The position numbers and the translations under genes are program-made. From the NCBI GenBank assembly GCA_964016885.1, contig OZ024743.1, positions 81,654,001 through 81,718,000 of the forward strand: a DNA stretch of 64,000 bases. The letters run 5' to 3'. How positions within the stretch are numbered: the first letter of the stretch is position 1; the number at the start of each line of letters is the position of its first letter. The notes beneath the pieces were generated by a model. It was not told the DNA's origin and ran no database searches. It saw only the letters and a list, made by a program, of their open reading frames with translations. The stretch comes from Eledone cirrhosa. Its lineage: Eukaryota. Positions 60,586 to 64,000 of this stretch are shown here, piece by piece.

Positions 60586-61423
60586 TGTTTCTTTATTAGC
60601 CATAGGGGCACAAAAGAAGGGGACAAATACAAAGGGGGAAGTTTACATACAATAAAAACGTGTAAAATACTATCACAAATACAATTTAAAAATTAATCGA
60701 TTTTCCCCAATAGGGGGAGATATTACATATGGGTAACACATACCCCCGAAAAATATGTGCAACCCTCATCTCCAGGAGTACGAAGAGTGAGTACCCCCTT
60801 CCTCTCTTCCTCTTTTTCCTCAACCTACAGGCTGATATAGAGAGAAGGCCCATTCACTCGGGCCATTCTTGCCACTTTCATCCACCTTTCATAAAACTTG
60901 CTGGGGTACATCACCTCTCTCTCCATCTTGATTCTTCTTCCAAAGTGGTATTTGAAAAAAAGAATCAGTTGTTGGCCGGAGAGAAAGGTGTCTGACCTCA
61001 GCACTTTTAACCTCGTCCATCATACAACCTCTTTCACCATAGCTATCACACAAAGGAAAACCGCCTCTCCTTCCTTTCTGAAGGAGGGTGGCGGTTTGAT
61101 CATGATAATGGACTCGGTGGTCAACCGGATTGGTCCCACCCGCGACATTAGTCGTTCTATATAGCCCCACAGGTCGGTAACGTCCGGGCAGTGTACGAAT
61201 ACGTGCGCGACGGTTTCTTCGTCTCGCACGCATCTCGGACAGATCTTTTTCGAAGGGTCCCTTCCCGGGCGCCCATGTCTGTAGAGCTTGTCGCGAACTG
61301 TTAGAGCAACTCGGTAGCCTTGCCAGGCCAGGGACTTTTGGAAGTTGTCCATCGGTCCCGGGCAGAAGGTCCTACCGAACAGACTGGCCAGTTCGTCTTC
61401 CTCTACGCCTAGAGTTTCTCCGA
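60586..61423 (-). mobile_element. Tx1/L1-type LINE 3' fragment
   Basis: zf-RVT-like CPRC..ETVAHVFVHC; AATAAA followed by a (TCTA)n tail. Confidence 0.88.
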
Positions 61424-61579
61424 ATAGATAGATATATGTATATAGATAGATAGATAGATAGATACATAGATAGATAGATAGAAATAGATAAATATGTAGG
61501 TATATAGGTTGGTAAGTAGATATGTAGGTAGGTAGATATGTAGGTAGATATATAGGTAGATGAATAGGTAGGTAGATAT

Positions 61580-63789
61580 ATTTCTTTATTTGTCACAAGG
61601 GCGCACAAGAAAAGGGGACAAAACAAGGACACATGCCGGGGATTTTACATACAGTTGTGTAAAAATATTGAAACAAACAATTATAACAATCGAAATCCCC
61701 AATAGGAGGGAGGCGCCACAAATGGGTTGTTTAATACCCCGTGATAGAACAACTCTCAACTTCAGAAGCGTGTCGTGCAAGTGCTCCTTTCTTCCTTTTG
61801 CCCTCTTCTTCAACCTACAGGTTTATATACAGAGAAGGCCCAATCACTCGGGCCATTTTCGCTTCATTCACCCACCTTTCAGTACATTTACTGGGGTGAT
61901 GTGCCTCTCTCTCCACTCTGATTCTCCTTCTAAAGTGGTACCTAAAGAAGGGAATGAGTTGTTGTCTGGAAAGAAAGGCATCTGTCCTCAGTCCTCTCAA
62001 TCTCGTCCAACATATAACCTCTTTCACCATAGCCTCTATACAGAGGAAAACGGCCTCTCTTTTGTTTTTGAAAGAAGTTGGCGGTGTGATCCTTACTATG
62101 GACTCGGCAGTCAACTGGATTTGTCCCATACGTGGCAGCAGTTGTTCTGCATAGTTCCACAGGTCAGTTACGCCCGGAAAGTGTACAATTGTGTGCAAGA
62201 CGGTTTCAATGTCCTGCTCGCATCTTGGACACGTCCTCTTGGAATGATCCCTGCCGGGGCGTCCGTGCCTGTAGATCTTGTCTCGAACTGGTAGAGCTCC
62301 TCGGTAGCACTGCCAGACCATGGACCTCTGGTAGTTGTCCATAGGTCTCGGGCGGAAAGTCCTACCAAACAGACGGGTGAGTTCGTCGTCTTCGACGCCT
62401 AGAGTCTCTCCGAGCACGTCGTCGCCCTTATGGCGTACTTAACCCTCTATAGAATGTCGAAGTGGAGTCTCCACTGATTGCTGTGCCCGCTAGACAGAGG
62501 ACTGTGCGCATTCAATGTACCAGGCGCCCATCTTCTTCCGTCTCCGCTTGACCCAGGACTGCAGCTCCGTCAGCGAGACAAGTTGCGGGAAGGTCTGTCT
62601 CACAAACGGTGCCCACACCGGTTGGTCGGTGAGGAATACTTGGAGATGCCGTAGCCTCAGCGCATGTTTGCGCATCATCAACCACGGCATGCCCATCCCT
62701 CCGCTGGAAGGGTGCTGACAGCAGACGGATCTCCTCACCAATGGAGCCTGGTTCTTCCAAAGGAACTGGAAGAGCATGTGTTCCATCTTGGTGGGATGTT
62801 CACGGGGACAAGGCACGACGGTCATGTAGTAGTAGATGACGGACTCCATGAAAGTGTTCGCCACCTCCGCTTGACCTTTCAAGGAGAGTTTGCATTCTGC
62901 CCACTTCTGGGTGAGCGCAAATACCTTGGCCGTGACCTCGTTCCAGTTTTTCTCCACTTGGAGCTCTGAACCGAACCAGACCCCAAGCAATTTCACCGGT
63001 CCTTCCGTCCTGCGTCCGACGACGCTGTCGAACGGCATCGGTTTGACTCTCCACGTTCCGAGTTGTAAACCGACAAACTTGTCCGGATTCAGTTTTGCTC
63101 CTGTAAGTCTTTCGTATTCCTGTAGTAAGTTGCCGATCGAGCCGATTTCCGAGGTTTCCGACACCATTACTGTCACATCGGCATAAGCCGACGCCGCTTT
63201 TCGCAGTGCCAGTTCCAAGTGGATGCCCTCCAGCAGCTCCAACTTCCGCAGTAGTGGCTCCAGAGTCAGCACGTACAGAATGGAGGAGAGAGGGCATCCC
63301 AGTCGGATGAAACGCGGGATTGCGAACGGCTCCAATAGGTAGCCGTTCACCTTGACCGTCGAGCAGATGTTAGTGTGCATTGCAGCGATCCAGTCTCAGG
63401 AAGAAGGGTCCGAAACCGGCCGCCTTTAGAACTGCTTCCAAGTATCGATGGTTGACTCTATCGAACGCCTACCGAAGCCGGGTTTACACCCCACCCTCTC
63501 TATGATGTATCGCATGAGGTGGAGGTTGTCGTGTATGGACCTGGTCGGGATTGCACATGTTTGCGCTTTCCCTACCAGGTTCTCAACGACAAGCGCCAAC
63601 CTCGTTGCCAACACCTTGGCCAACATCTTTAACTTTGTGTTGAGCAGAGTTATGGGCCTAAAGTTGCTTAGTTCGCCCCCCCCCCCCCCTCCTCTTGTTC
63701 TCGTCTTTCCTGGTCAGCGTTACTACGCCCCTGCCTGCAGCACTGGGAATTCTCCCGTTCTATTGCCAGTTGCAGTAGACGTCTTCGAG
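61580..63789 (-). mobile_element. Tx1/L1-type LINE, RT to C-terminus, degraded
   Basis: RPITLLN..KMLAKVLATRL, SIHDNL, RLGCPLS, AYAD, LSLKG, GGMG, CPRC..ET..H; (TCTA/CCTA)n tail. Confidence 0.92.
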
Positions 63790-63821
63790 ATATGTAGGTA
63801 GATAGATAGGTAGATAGATAT

Positions 63822-64000
63822 ATTTCTTTATTTGCCACAAGGGCGCACAAGAAAAGGGGACAAAACAAAGATATGCCGGGAATTTTACATACAATCGTGT
63901 AAAAAAATAATAAAACAAACAATTATAACAATCGAAATCCCCAATAGGGGAGGGCAGGCGCCACAAATAGGTTGTTTAATACCCCGTAGATAGAACAACC
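63822..64000 (-). mobile_element. 3'UTR of a third Tx1/L1-type copy
   Basis: Closely similar to 61580-61752. Confidence 0.88.

Overview
AT-rich eukaryotic intergenic or intronic DNA with no recognisable host gene; the SINE families and microsatellite load suggest an octopod cephalopod (inference). Contents: a ~7.2-kb 42-bp satellite fused to a tRNA-derived SINE; further mini- and microsatellites; two or three SINE families; three 5'-truncated Penelope-like elements (PLEs) with GIY-YIG remnants; nested R4/Dong-type LINEs in (TAA)n; three tandem Tx1/L1-type LINEs in (TAGA)n; a rearranged mariner; and G-rich MITEs. The main signal is about 20 short inserts inside (TA)n tracts. They look like MITE hairpins but share one architecture: type-I hammerhead ribozyme, fold-back arms, then a 3' tail. 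About 25 hammerhead cores were read by eye. The tails of sequence-unrelated families keep a covarying bulged hairpin (..TC-stem-loop-stem-TN-GA..) positioned just past where the inverted arm stops. Almost all long ORFs in the track are repeat artefacts. Coordinates were read by eye and may be off by a few bases.
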